Assembly: GCA_965262915.1 (NCBI GenBank)
Contig: OZ253564.1
Coordinates: 2,048,001-2,112,000, forward strand
DNA: 64,000 nucleotides
DNA from: Candidatus Spongiisociaceae bacterium
GTDB taxonomy: Bacteria > Actinomycetota > Acidimicrobiia > Spongiisociales > Spongiisociaceae
Reading direction: 5' to 3'
Positions 7,871 through 17,245 of this stretch are shown here, in pieces. The notes under the pieces were generated by a model. The model was not told where the DNA came from, did no database searches, and saw only the letters and a list, made by a program, of their open reading frames with translations. Position 1 is the stretch's first letter; each line of letters begins with the position of its first letter. The position numbers and the translations under genes are program-made.

Positions 7871-10052
7871 GACCGGCCACCTCGGGTACCTCCGTGGTCT
7901 GTCTGCAGAACAACTTGCCGTGCTCCGGCAGCCATCGACGCCCCTCGCTGCGTTCCGCCTCCTCTACATACCGCTGCAGGTACGCCTTCGTCGGCGGGCC
8001 TTGCGAGGAACGCCGCTGCCGGCGCGTACCACGCCGCCGTTTCACAGACGGATCACTGGTTCGCCGACCGATCGCCGTCAGCGAGAACCCGGCGCCGCAC
8101 GCGGTGATCAGCCCGCCGAACCAGACCATCCACTGGAGGGGGTAGACCCACACGTCGGCGTGGAGAGAGCGGTCGTCGATGCGGGTGAGTGACACGTAGA
8201 GGTCTCCCCGTGGGGTCGTGTACACAGCCGGGGTGATGACCGGCCCCGACGTGCTGCCGTAGTCGTTGAGCCTCGGAGCGAGGACGGTGACCGGCCGTCC
8301 GTCCCGGAATACCTCGATCCGGGCGCCCACCACCGTGCGGTTGGGCTCCACCCGGGAGAACGGGGCATCGTAAGCAAGCTCGTAACCGCCGAACGCGGTG
8401 CGTTCCCCGGGGCTCAGGTCTATCGAGCCGGTCGCCCCCAGGTTGGCGGAAACCGCGATTCCGACGGCCAGGATCGCCACTCCCGTGTGCGAGATCTGGC
8501 CCCCCCAGTAACCGGGATCGCGGAGGGCCAGGCGACCCGCGGCCGCAAACGCGCCCTCGCCGGTGGCCGCGCTCCGGCTGCGGGCCAGGGTCAGCAGGTG
8601 CCGGGCGATGGCGGAGACCACGAAAGTCGCCAGAAGGGCAACGATGATCACGTGACGGTTGCGGCTCACCACCAGCACGACGACGGCGGCGATCGCCAGG
8701 GCGATCCTGAGAGGGGTGCGGAGGCGCTGCCACAGCACCCGAGGGCGCGCCACCCGGAACGGGGTCACCGGGCCGATGCCCATGGTCAGGAGGAGACAGT
8801 ACGAAAGCGGTACGGCCCAACGATCGAAGAAAGGTCGGCCCACCCCGACAGTGGCGCCCCGGAAGGCTTCGATCCCCAACGGGAACAGCGTTCCGGAGAG
8901 CACCACGAAGGCGAACACCGCCAGTAGCAGGTTGTTGAGCAGGAAGGCACCCTCGCGGCTGGCGAGCGAGTCGAGCCGCGGAGCGCTTCCCACGAGATGG
9001 ATCCGGGCGGCGAAGCAGGCCAGCGCCCCGACCAGGATCAGGGCCAGGAACCCCAGGAGGGCTGGACCGATCGCGGACTGGGTGAAACTGTGAACCGAGG
9101 CGATCACACCCGAGCGGGTGAGGAAGGTCCCGAGGATGGTGGCCGCGAAGGTGCCGATCACCAGCACGTAGTTCCAGGACTGGAGCACCCCTCGGCGGGC
9201 CTGCACCACAGTGGAGTGGATGAACGCGGTGGCCAGCAGCCACGGGATGAACGAGGCGTTCTCCACCGGATCCCACGCCCAGTAACCGCCCCACCCCAGT
9301 ACCTCGTAACTCCACCAGGCGCCCAGGACGATCCCGACCGTGAGGAACCCCCAGGCGGTCAGGGTCCACCGGCGCGTCACTTCCAGCCAGGAAGCCCCGC
9401 GGCGGGCGGCGGCCAGCGACGCCATCCCGATCGCGAAGGGCACCGAGAAGCCGACGTACCCCGCGTAGAGCAGAGGTGGATGGACCGCCATGAGGATGTG
9501 GTTCTGCAGGAGGGGGTTGGCGCCCCGCCCGTCGACCGGTGCGTCCACCGGCGACCACGGAGCCCAGGCAGCGACGCTGCATCCGGCTTCGGCAGCCGAT
9601 GTACAGACGGCGAAGGGGTTGGCGACAGTGACCATGAGACCGAACCAGAAGGCGGCCAGCATCCCCAGGATCGACATCGTGCCGCCCGCCAGAGGGTGCC
9701 CTGTGCGGTACATGGCCCGGAACGCGGATGCGGTGAAGATGGCCAGCACCAGGCCCCACAGGACGATGGATCCCTCGAGCGCCGCCCATCCGGCTGCCAC
9801 CGTGAAGATGAGGGGGGTGCCCGTCCGGTGGTTGTTGGCGATATAGGCGATCGAGAAGTCATCCGTTACCAGTCCCAGTTCCAGCATCAGCATGGCGGCG
9901 ATCGCTCCGCCCAGGAGCCAGCGCACCGGCCCCCGTACCCGATCAGCCGTCACCGGTCCCCGGGCCAGGAGCGCAGGAAGCCCTCTCCAGGCAAGGACCG
10001 CTGCCGCGGCGAGAGCGGTCAGGGTTGCGCCGAGCCCGAGCCAGGCGATCAT
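7863..10052 (-). CDS. ccmF: heme lyase CcmF (C-terminus extended by an in-frame repeat insertion)
   Basis: WWSYEVLGWGGYWAWDPVENASFIPW (WWD domain), HPPLLY, SVHSF. Confidence 0.96.
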   Translation of the reverse strand: MIAWLGLGATLTALAAAAVLAWRGLPALLARGPVTADRVRGPVRWLLGGAIAAMLMLELGLVTDDFSIAYIANNHRTGTPLIFTVAAGWAALEGSIVLWGLVLAIFTASAFRAMYRTGHPLAGGTMSILGMLAAFWFGLMVTVANPFAVCTSAAEAGCSVAAWAPWSPVDAPVDGRGANPLLQNHILMAVHPPLLYAGYVGFSVPFAIGMASLAAARRGASWLEVTRRWTLTAWGFLTVGIVLGAWWSYEVLGWGGYWAWDPVENASFIPWLLATAFIHSTVVQARRGVLQSWNYVLVIGTFAATILGTFLTRSGVIASVHSFTQSAIGPALLGFLALILVGALACFAARIHLVGSAPRLDSLASREGAFLLNNLLLAVFAFVVLSGTLFPLGIEAFRGATVGVGRPFFDRWAVPLSYCLLLTMGIGPVTPFRVARPRVLWQRLRTPLRIALAIAAVVVLVVSRNRHVIIVALLATFVVSAIARHLLTLARSRSAATGEGAFAAAGRLALRDPGYWGGQISHTGVAILAVGIAVSANLGATGSIDLSPGERTAFGGYELAYDAPFSRVEPNRTVVGARIEVFRDGRPVTVLAPRLNDYGSTSGPVITPAVYTTPRGDLYVSLTRIDDRSLHADVWVYPLQWMVWFGGLITACGAGFSLTAIGRRTSDPSVKRRRGTRRQRRSSQGPPTKAYLQRYVEEAERSEGRRWLPEHGKLFCRQTTEVPEVAGRA
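7893..8057. repeat. family B element, copy 2 (inside the ccmF reading frame)
   Basis: 165 bp, homologous to 1037-1201; ends GTGGTCTGTC...GACGGATCACT. Confidence 0.85.
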
Positions 10053-10468
10053 GTTCCGCTCGAGGGAACCTCGTACGCCCCGTCGGTGTCGGGGGACCGG
10101 TACTGTTCGTCGTGGTTGATGATCAGGACGTCGGAGTGGAACCGGTCCCCTTTCCAGGCCCCCTCCACGACCACCCCTATCCCGTCCCGGAACAGTTGGG
10201 GCGGTGTCCCCTCATGGACGACGCTCACCGATGTGGCCCCGTCGCCCAGTACGAAGCGGATCCCGTTCGCCGTCTCCTCGATGCCATCGGTCTCCACCAG
10301 GCCGCCGAGGCGGAACCGTTCTCCGGGCGGGTAGTCGGCCCACTGCTCGACCGCTTCCGAGGGGGTGAGGTAGTAGACGAGGTTCTCGCTGAGGTTTCCC
10401 CAGACGAAGTATCCGATCACGACGGCCACCAGCGCGAGTGCCGGCAGTACGAAGCGTCGCCGGGTCAT
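10049..10468 (-). CDS. ccmE: heme chaperone CcmE
   Basis: YYLTPSE, RLGGLV, PQLFRDGIGVVVEG, HDEQY (HxxxY); ATGA overlap with ccmD. Confidence 0.93.
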   Translation of the reverse strand: MTRRRFVLPALALVAVVIGYFVWGNLSENLVYYLTPSEAVEQWADYPPGERFRLGGLVETDGIEETANGIRFVLGDGATSVSVVHEGTPPQLFRDGIGVVVEGAWKGDRFHSDVLIINHDEQYRSPDTDGAYEVPSSGT

Positions 10469-10584
10469 CTCCGCGGCGGAAGGGATCGACGCAGAGACCT
10501 GACGCGCAGCAACATCCACCCCATGTAAGCCGCGATTCCCCCGTAGCTCACCAGGTAGCCGAACACGACCCAGCCGCTATCCAT
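10465..10584 (-). CDS. ccmD: CcmD-like small membrane protein
   Basis: MDSGWVVFGYLVSYGGIAAYMGWMLLRVRSLRR: single TM plus basic tail, overlapping both ccmC and ccmE. Confidence 0.75.
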   Translation of the reverse strand: MDSGWVVFGYLVSYGGIAAYMGWMLLRVRSLRRSLPPRR

Positions 10585-11320
10585 CTGTATCCCCGAACCG
10601 GGGTGGCAGCACCGCACCGCCGACCGGGGCCGCCTGCCTCGACATCTCCGCGACCGTGACCTCGGCACGGGCCAGGCTCAGTCGGGCGACCAGCAGGAAG
10701 GCGAACAGGGCGGCGAAGGCCAGGATGGACACCCCCATGGGCCGGCTGAATGCCGCGTCCATGGGGGCATTGCCGGGATCGGGACGCAGGATGGTGGGTC
10801 CCTGGTGCAGGGTGCGGAACCACAGGACCGAGTAATGCACGATAGGTACCTGCACGAAGGCAACCACTCCGAGGACGGCGCATCGTCCCGCCCGTATCCG
10901 CGCGTCGGCGATCGACCGGCGCAGGGCCAGGTAACCGATGTAGAAGAAGAAGAGCACCGCGGTCGACATCATCCGGGCGTCGGTCCAGTCCCACCAGAGG
11001 CCCCACACCGCCCGGCCCCAGATCATCCCGGTGAGGATGGTCAGGCCGGTGAACAGCACGCCGATCTCTATGGCGGATGCCGAGATCAGATCGGCGGTGG
11101 GGGCGCGGCGGATCAGGTACCACACGGCGCCCAGCAGCCCGACGGCCAACGCCAGGTACGCCGTGATGGCCGAAGGAACGTGGACGAACAGCAACCTGGC
11201 CGCCTCGCCCTGGGTCTGTTCGGGAGGTGCGGTCAAGGACATGTAGAGGCCCACCCCGAGCAGTGCGATGGCCACGGCGCCCAGGACTCCGAGAAAGCGG
11301 GACGCAGGATAGGTGACCAT
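10577..11320 (-). CDS. ccmC: heme exporter/delivery protein CcmC
   Basis: FVHVPSA, WGRAVWGLWWDWTDARM (WWD), VHYSVLWFRTLHQ. Confidence 0.95.
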   Translation of the reverse strand: MVTYPASRFLGVLGAVAIALLGVGLYMSLTAPPEQTQGEAARLLFVHVPSAITAYLALAVGLLGAVWYLIRRAPTADLISASAIEIGVLFTGLTILTGMIWGRAVWGLWWDWTDARMMSTAVLFFFYIGYLALRRSIADARIRAGRCAVLGVVAFVQVPIVHYSVLWFRTLHQGPTILRPDPGNAPMDAAFSRPMGVSILAFAALFAFLLVARLSLARAEVTVAEMSRQAAPVGGAVLPPRFGDTDG

Positions 11321-11407
11321 CTAGCGGCAACCGACGAGGGGGGGTTCGCCCGGCGACTCTCGTCCTGCGGAATGTCTCGGGATAGGACGTCGCGCCATTT
11401 TCGATCC

Positions 11408-12088
11408 TCACCTAGTGGTGTCGTCCAGCGGGCCCGCCAGCAGTACGCCTGCGATAGCCAGGGCCAGGTCCATCGCGACGAGCAGGAGCAGCCACGAGAT
11501 ACTACTGCGCCGCGCGATGGCCGACTCCGTTCCCTGGGTGGTGGCCAGCAGCACCGGTACGGCCGGCGGCGCCGCCAGGAGGGGCGCCAGCGCGGTGCGC
11601 GTCCGCAGCCCCGTAACCAGGGTACCGACCAGCGTTCCGAGCAGGCCGAGCGCGGTCGTCCCCGCCACCGCCAGCAGGGCTAACCATCCCCATGCGGACG
11701 TTCCATCCGGCGCGTACAGCACGATCATCACGGGAGTCAGGATCAGGGTCACACCGAGGAGCAGCATGGCCGACGCCAGGCTCCTGCCCAAGAAGCCCGC
11801 GGCCGGATCGAGACCGCTCAGGGTGAGGAGGTCCCGTACCGGGCGGGGCTCGAACGAGCCGGACCGGAGGGTTACGGTCATCCCGAACAGGAGGACCACC
11901 AGCCATAGCATGCCGGGGCCGATGCGCCGGAGCAGGGCAGTCTCCGTTCCCGTGGCGAGCGGCGCCAGCAACAGCGCCAGCGCCGCGAAGGGAGTGGCCA
12001 TCCAGAACGTCTCGCCGCCCCGCATCTCCACCCGGAGTTCCTTGATGAACACCCATCCGACCTGGCTCCAGAAACCGGTCGGGGTCAT
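11408..12088 (-). CDS. ccmB: ABC permease CcmB
   Basis: KELRVEMR start, multi-TM, operon position. Confidence 0.9.
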   Translation of the reverse strand: MTPTGFWSQVGWVFIKELRVEMRGGETFWMATPFAALALLLAPLATGTETALLRRIGPGMLWLVVLLFGMTVTLRSGSFEPRPVRDLLTLSGLDPAAGFLGRSLASAMLLLGVTLILTPVMIVLYAPDGTSAWGWLALLAVAGTTALGLLGTLVGTLVTGLRTRTALAPLLAAPPAVPVLLATTQGTESAIARRSSISWLLLLVAMDLALAIAGVLLAGPLDDTTR

Positions 12089-12738
12089 GGCCGCCTCTCG
12101 CTCACTGTTCCGGCGGTGACCCTGAGGCGGCGCGTTACCAGGGAGGTGACCCGGCCCGGATCGTGGGAGACCAGCACTGCCGCCCCTCCCAGTCGGGCGA
12201 CCCGGTCGACGACCTCGTCCACCAACGGCGCGGTTGCCTCATCGAGACCGGCGTGGGGTTCGTCGAGCAGCAACAGCCGGGGCGTCCAGGTGAGCAGCCG
12301 GGCGAACTCGACCCGGCGCTGCATCCCGAGGCTGGTACGCGACGCCTTCCACCCGGCGAGATCGGCCAGGCCGACGGTGGCCAGCGGGTCGCCGGTGGCG
12401 GGGTCACCCCGCAACCGGGCCACCAACTCGATGTTCTCCCGTAGGGTCAGCTCGGGCCACAGCGCCGGGAAGTGCCCGATCAGGGCGATCTGCCGCCGGA
12501 CCGGCGCCAGTACCTCGGGACGGGCGTCCGTGGCGGCACCGAGAACGGTGCAACTGCCGGCTCCGGGTCGGTGCAGGGTGGCTGCCAGACGCAAGAGGGT
12601 GGTCTTACCGGCGCCGTTCGGTCCCGTGACGCCCAGGACGTCACCCGGTTCGATGATCAGGTCAACGCCGCGGAGGATCACCGATCCCGAGATGGAGAAC
12701 CCTACGTCGACGAATCGGACCAGCGGGGGAGTGACCAC
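12085..12738 (-). CDS. ccmA: ABC ATPase CcmA
   Basis: Walker A GPNGAGKTT, SLGMQRR signature, LLLDEP. Confidence 0.9.
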   Translation of the reverse strand: MVTPPLVRFVDVGFSISGSVILRGVDLIIEPGDVLGVTGPNGAGKTTLLRLAATLHRPGAGSCTVLGAATDARPEVLAPVRRQIALIGHFPALWPELTLRENIELVARLRGDPATGDPLATVGLADLAGWKASRTSLGMQRRVEFARLLTWTPRLLLLDEPHAGLDEATAPLVDEVVDRVARLGGAAVLVSHDPGRVTSLVTRRLRVTAGTVSERRP

Positions 12739-13208
12739 ACACCGAGTGTAGAGCGACCTTCCGCCGCAGGCTCAGTCCGGCGACAGAAGCTGCGCCTCGG
12801 GCATGTCGGCTCGGAACAGAGCCGAGCAATACCATCAGCTAGCGAAGAATCTCCGCCGCCCACCCCTCCATCGGCCCACCCCACACCACCGAGCCTGGGA
12901 TTGGAACGCGTTCGGTTCCACCTGCGACGGGCGGTCCGGTTCCGAGGTTCATGGTCCCTCGGGGGGTCGGATGACGTCCGGTTCGAGACCCGCGGCGGGT
13001 GCTGGCACTACCCGTAGTGCAACAAGGCAATGACAGCGCCAAACCCTTCGCGGGGCACATCTTGCCGCGCCGCATGCGTGCCTACCAGCGTACGTTCTCA
13101 GTCGATCCACCGTCGTAGGCCTGCCCGGGTTCATAGGATCACTCATGAGACGACGAGCGGACTTCATCGAACCTCGTCCCTCAAGAAACGACGAGGAGGG
13201 GGACAGCC

Positions 13209-14234
13209 GTGAGTGAAAGCTCGGGGGCCAGAGGTTCTGCCGGGGGGAACAGCGATCCGGTCGCACGCTACCTGGAGACGTTCGAGAGACTGCGCTCCCG
13301 CAAGCGCTGGTCGAACAACACGGCGACCTTTCGTTTCGTGGCGCTGGCCCTCGGCGCGGCCGGCGCCTCTGTCACCTACGACGACCTGGAATCGGCGGCG
13401 GCGGTGCTCAGGAAGCGAGTTGGCGTCACCAGCCCGCTCCGGTCCGAGATCCGCTACGTTGTGGCGGCGATGATCCTGCGGCGCGGGCAGGATCCCGCTT
13501 CTATCCAAGCTCGGGTTGGCGAGACGCTCGCGGAGTTCAAGGTGCACGGACTGGCGAGGCGGGGCGCCGGTCCGACGTTGGCTGCGCTATTGCTGGCGCT
13601 GCTCAGGGAAGGGCGTCCGGTCCCGACCGTGCAGATCGAACGGCTGGCCCGCATCTACAGGCGCTGGCGCGCCGACCACGGCTTGCTGACCAACGCGAGC
13701 GACCTGCCGGCTGCCGCGTTGCACGCCAGCCGGGACAGAGCCGTAGAGATACTGACCGCCGAGGTGGAACGCGCCTATGACCACCTGCGAGAGGCCGGTT
13801 TCCGGCGGGGCAACCCCTTGCAGCTCGTCTCACACCTACTGTCCGTGGACCCTCGCGGGGCGGATACGGGTGTTCAGCGATTCTCGAGCATCACAGACCA
13901 TTTCGATCGGACCGGCGAGAATGTCCGCGCCGGTCGGTACGACGAGATCGCCATGCTGGCCCTGACCCACGACAGGCCGGCCCGCGTGGTCAAGCGCACG
14001 CTGGAGTACCGCGATCGCCTACGGGACCACAGGCCCCGACCTGCGAAGGAGTTAGCGTTCTCCCTGGCTGTGGGGATCGAGTTGGCCGAGGATGCCGAGG
14101 ACGCGGGCAGGCGCAGCGCCGGCGATCTGGCCGCGTTGCAGTCGATCCGCGCCATCCTGGATGCGCAGCAGGCGGCAATTGTGGCCGCAGTCTCCGCGGG
14201 CGCTGTCGCAGGTGCCACGGCTGGCTCAAGTTAG
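13209..14234 (+). CDS. hypothetical protein, DUF4003-like
   Basis: 341-aa ORF after an AGGAGG-type RBS; GFRRGNPLQLVSHLL and C-terminal AQQAAIVAAVSA tail recall DUF4003. Confidence 0.55.
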   Translation: MSESSGARGSAGGNSDPVARYLETFERLRSRKRWSNNTATFRFVALALGAAGASVTYDDLESAAAVLRKRVGVTSPLRSEIRYVVAAMILRRGQDPASIQARVGETLAEFKVHGLARRGAGPTLAALLLALLREGRPVPTVQIERLARIYRRWRADHGLLTNASDLPAAALHASRDRAVEILTAEVERAYDHLREAGFRRGNPLQLVSHLLSVDPRGADTGVQRFSSITDHFDRTGENVRAGRYDEIAMLALTHDRPARVVKRTLEYRDRLRDHRPRPAKELAFSLAVGIELAEDAEDAGRRSAGDLAALQSIRAILDAQQAAIVAAVSAGAVAGATAGSS

Positions 14235-14362
14235 TTATCGGTTGTCGGTTGCAACTCTTAATGGTATTTCACTACAGATACAGGTTTGCTAACGAGGGCT
14301 AAGTACGGTTGCCGTCCCCTGACACCTGACACCTGACACCTGACACCTGACACCTGACACCT
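14235..14362 (+). repeat. heptamer-repeat element: AT-richer lead-in plus (CCTGACA)6
   Basis: Six tandem CCTGACA at 14318-14359; the preceding ~85 bp align with 37293-37381. Confidence 0.85.
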
Positions 14363-14560
14363 AGAACGTGCCGGTGTTTAGCACCGGCTGGGTGGCCCTG
14401 TCTCCGCACAGCACGACGAGCAGGTTGCTCACCATGGCCGCCTTACGTTCCTCGTCGAGTTCGACGACGCCGCGGTCGGCCAGGCTCTCAAGAGCTATCT
14501 GCACCATGGGGACGGCCCCCTCCACGGTCTGGCTGCGGGCGGCGTTGATGGCCCGGCCTT
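14361..14560 (-). pseudogene. C-terminal fragment of an SPFH/band-7 protein
   Basis: Minus frame reads [63 protein letters not shown]-stop; no N-terminal part before hisIE ends. Confidence 0.75.
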
Positions 14561-14594
14561 GGCCGGTGCCTCTGTCAGGGTCAGTGGTGGCGGG

Positions 14595-15236
14595 TCACCG
14601 GCGCCGGGAGGCCAATTCCTCGATCACTTCCGCGGCCTTGATGCGCCGCTCGGCCAGGAGGACCAGCAGGTGGTAGACGAGGTCCGCCGCCTCTTCGGCT
14701 ACCCGGGTGTTCCCGGCTCTCCCAGCCTGGTGGTTGAGGGCGGCGGTCACCAGCTCGGCGGCTTCCTCGATCGTCTTGCGGCCCGTGGCGGGCGCGCCTC
14801 CGGTGGCCAGGCGCCGGGTGTAGGAGCCCGATCGTGCCGATGACAGCCGTTCCGTGATGGTTTTCCAGAGGGGTTCCAGATCGGCGAAACCCTGGGGCGG
14901 CGTCAAGGGGTCCCCGGGGCTGATGAAGCAGGTGCGGGCCGACGTGTGGCAAGTGGGTCCGGCAGGCACTGCCTTCACCACCAGGGTATCGCGGTCGCAG
15001 TCCGCCGCTAGGCCGACCAAGGCGAGCGTGTTCTCGCTGGTCTCCCCTTTTTTCCATAATCGTCGCCGGGAGCGGGACCAGAAGTGGACCTGACCCGTGG
15101 CGCGGGTCAGGTCGAGGGCTTCCCGGTTCATCCAGGCCATCATCAGAACCTCGCCGGTCCGGTCATGCTGGACGATGGCGGGTACCAGGCCGTCGCTGTT
15201 CCAGGAGATGTTATGCGATACGTCGGGTTCACGCAT
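14595..15236 (-). CDS. hisIE: bifunctional phosphoribosyl-AMP cyclohydrolase / phosphoribosyl-ATP diphosphatase
   Basis: [26 protein letters not shown], then [12 protein letters not shown]. Confidence 0.96.
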   Translation of the reverse strand: MREPDVSHNISWNSDGLVPAIVQHDRTGEVLMMAWMNREALDLTRATGQVHFWSRSRRRLWKKGETSENTLALVGLAADCDRDTLVVKAVPAGPTCHTSARTCFISPGDPLTPPQGFADLEPLWKTITERLSSARSGSYTRRLATGGAPATGRKTIEEAAELVTAALNHQAGRAGNTRVAEEAADLVYHLLVLLAERRIKAAEVIEELASRRR

Positions 15237-15990
15237 GGCGTACCGGTATCCCGGCCCCTTCCATCACCTGCTTGATCTCACCGATCTCCACTTCCCGCCG
15301 GTGGAAAATCGAGGCGGCCAGCACGGCGGATGCTCCGGCCTCGACCGCTTCGACGAAGTGTTGGGCGCGGCCGGCGCCTCCCGATGCGATCACCGGAACA
15401 CTCACCGCGCCGGTTATCACGCGTAGCAGTTCCACGTCGAACCCGATGTTTGTTCCGTCCCGGTCCATCGATGTGAGCAGGATCTCCCCTGCGCCGCGGG
15501 CCACCCCCTCTACCGCCCATTCCACCGCGTCGATTCCGGTGTCGTGGCGTCCGCCGTTTATGAACATGTTCCACGATCCTCCGGGCATGGTCTTGGCGTC
15601 GATGGCCAGGACCACGCACTGCTTACCGAACGCGGCCGCGCAATCGTCGAGTAGGCCGGGCCGGCGTACCGCGGCGGTGTTGAGGGAGACCTTGTCGGCC
15701 CCGGCCCGGAGCACGGCCCGCATGTCGGCCGGTTCCCGAACCCCTCCCCCCACGGTGAGCGGCACGAAGACGTTCCGAGCCGTGCGTCGGACTACGTCGA
15801 GCAGAGCGGAACGCCCCTCGGGGGAGGCGGCGATGTCGAGGTAGACGATCTCATCCATCCCCTCTTGGGCGTAGCGGGTCGCCAGCTCGACAGGGTCGCC
15901 CTCGTCGGTGAGGTTGATGAAGTTGACCCCTTTGACCACCCGTCCGTGCTTGACGTCGAGGCAGGCGATGATCCTCGTTCGGAGGCTCAT
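15229..15990 (-). CDS. hisF: imidazole glycerol phosphate synthase cyclase subunit
   Basis: [43 protein letters not shown]. Confidence 0.97.
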   Translation of the reverse strand: MSLRTRIIACLDVKHGRVVKGVNFINLTDEGDPVELATRYAQEGMDEIVYLDIAASPEGRSALLDVVRRTARNVFVPLTVGGGVREPADMRAVLRAGADKVSLNTAAVRRPGLLDDCAAAFGKQCVVLAIDAKTMPGGSWNMFINGGRHDTGIDAVEWAVEGVARGAGEILLTSMDRDGTNIGFDVELLRVITGAVSVPVIASGGAGRAQHFVEAVEAGASAVLAASIFHRREVEIGEIKQVMEGAGIPVRHA

Positions 15991-16646
15991 GCCGACACTC
16001 CCGCAAATCTCTGCGCTCCGGAGAGCCCCGCGACCTCGGTGACGAAGTTGGACAGAAGCTGCAATCCGGCCTTGCCGCTCCGTTCCGGGTGGAACTGGAA
16101 GCCCACCCGGAGACCGCTGCGGACCGCTGCTACGAACGGGCGTGGATAGCGGGCATACGCGATCACGCTCGACGGGTCCTCGGGGACCGGCGCGTAGCTG
16201 TGGACGAAATAGAACGTGTCGGCCGGTGTGATACCTGCGAAGACCCGATCCCGGGATGCCCAGGCTCCCGGGACCTCGATATCGTTCCAGCCGATGTGGG
16301 GGAGGAGGGGCGCTCCGACCAGGCGTCTCACCACGCCCCGGTCCAGGCCCAGGCACGGCTCCCCGTCCTCGTCGCTGCGGCTGTAGAACAGTTGCAGGCC
16401 CACGCAGATCCCGAGGAGGGGCCCGTTCCATTTGCGGAGGGGTTCCACCAGACCCGCCTCGGTGAGCCGGGCCATCGCCGTGCCCGGAACCCCTACGCCG
16501 GGGAGCACGATCGCTTGGGTTCCCCGCAGGTCCTCGGGTCCGGTCACCATACGCACGCGGGCGCCGGTTATCTCGAGTCCCCGCGCTATGGACACCAGGT
16601 TGCCGGCGCCGTGGTCGATCACAGCCACCAGCGGCGCCGCGGTCAC
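15987..16646 (-). CDS. hisH: imidazole glycerol phosphate synthase glutaminase subunit
   Basis: [37 protein letters not shown]. Confidence 0.96.
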   Translation of the reverse strand: MTAAPLVAVIDHGAGNLVSIARGLEITGARVRMVTGPEDLRGTQAIVLPGVGVPGTAMARLTEAGLVEPLRKWNGPLLGICVGLQLFYSRSDEDGEPCLGLDRGVVRRLVGAPLLPHIGWNDIEVPGAWASRDRVFAGITPADTFYFVHSYAPVPEDPSSVIAYARYPRPFVAAVRSGLRVGFQFHPERSGKAGLQLLSNFVTEVAGLSGAQRFAGVSA

Positions 16647-17245
16647 GAGCCCGCCTCCATGGCCGGTGTCCCCTTGGTCGAAGCCATCCCGCTCCGCCTC
16701 GGGTCGGGTGCGACCGCGACTCGCAACGCCCTCGCGAGAGCCTTGAACGCAGCCTCCGCGACATGGTGGTCGTTGCGGCCGGTGGCCGTGACGTGGAGGG
16801 TCACGCCCGATGTCCGGGCGAACGCTTCCAGGGCGTGCGAGAGGTTCTGGGTGGTGAGGTTGCCGATGTAGGGGGTGTCCAACTCGATCCGGGCGACGCA
16901 ATAGGGCCGTCCTCCCACGTCGACCGTTGCCTGCGCGATCGCCTCGTCCATCGGTATGCGGGCATCCCCAAAGCGGTGTATTCCGGTCCGGTCTCCCAGC
17001 GCGCCCGCCAGCGCCTCGCCCAGGCAGAGAGCCGTGTCCTCGACGGTGTGGTGATCGTCGACCTCCACATCGCCCTCCGTGATGATGGTGAGGTCGAAGA
17101 GGGCATGGTGGGCGAGCGAGGTCAGCAGGTGATCGAAGAAACCGATCCCTGTTCTCACGTCGGCCCGACCCTTCCCGTCGAGATCGATCTCGACCGACAC
17201 CCGGGTCTCCTTGGTGTGGCGGCGGCATGTGGCCTGGCGGGGCAT
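16643..17245 (-). CDS. hisB: imidazoleglycerol-phosphate dehydratase
   Basis: [29 protein letters not shown]. Confidence 0.97.
   Translation of the reverse strand: MPRQATCRRHTKETRVSVEIDLDGKGRADVRTGIGFFDHLLTSLAHHALFDLTIITEGDVEVDDHHTVEDTALCLGEALAGALGDRTGIHRFGDARIPMDEAIAQATVDVGGRPYCVARIELDTPYIGNLTTQNLSHALEAFARTSGVTLHVTATGRNDHHVAEAAFKALARALRVAVAPDPRRSGMASTKGTPAMEAGS

Noticed and set aside
12760-13200. 440-bp intergenic region between ccmA and the DUF4003-like gene as a hidden gene or RNA
   Set aside because: I found no recognisable ORF, repeat copy or conserved structure by eye; it cannot be excluded without homology searches.
12828-14268. AATACCAT/ATGGTATT pair as IS-like ends around the DUF4003-like gene
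   Set aside because: Only 8 bp, no target duplication or transposase, and the right copy lies in the lead-in shared with 37293-37381.
14318-14362. Tandem repeats (also at ~42000 and ~45350) as a CRISPR array
   Set aside because: Units are 7 bp with no unique spacers, and there are no cas genes.
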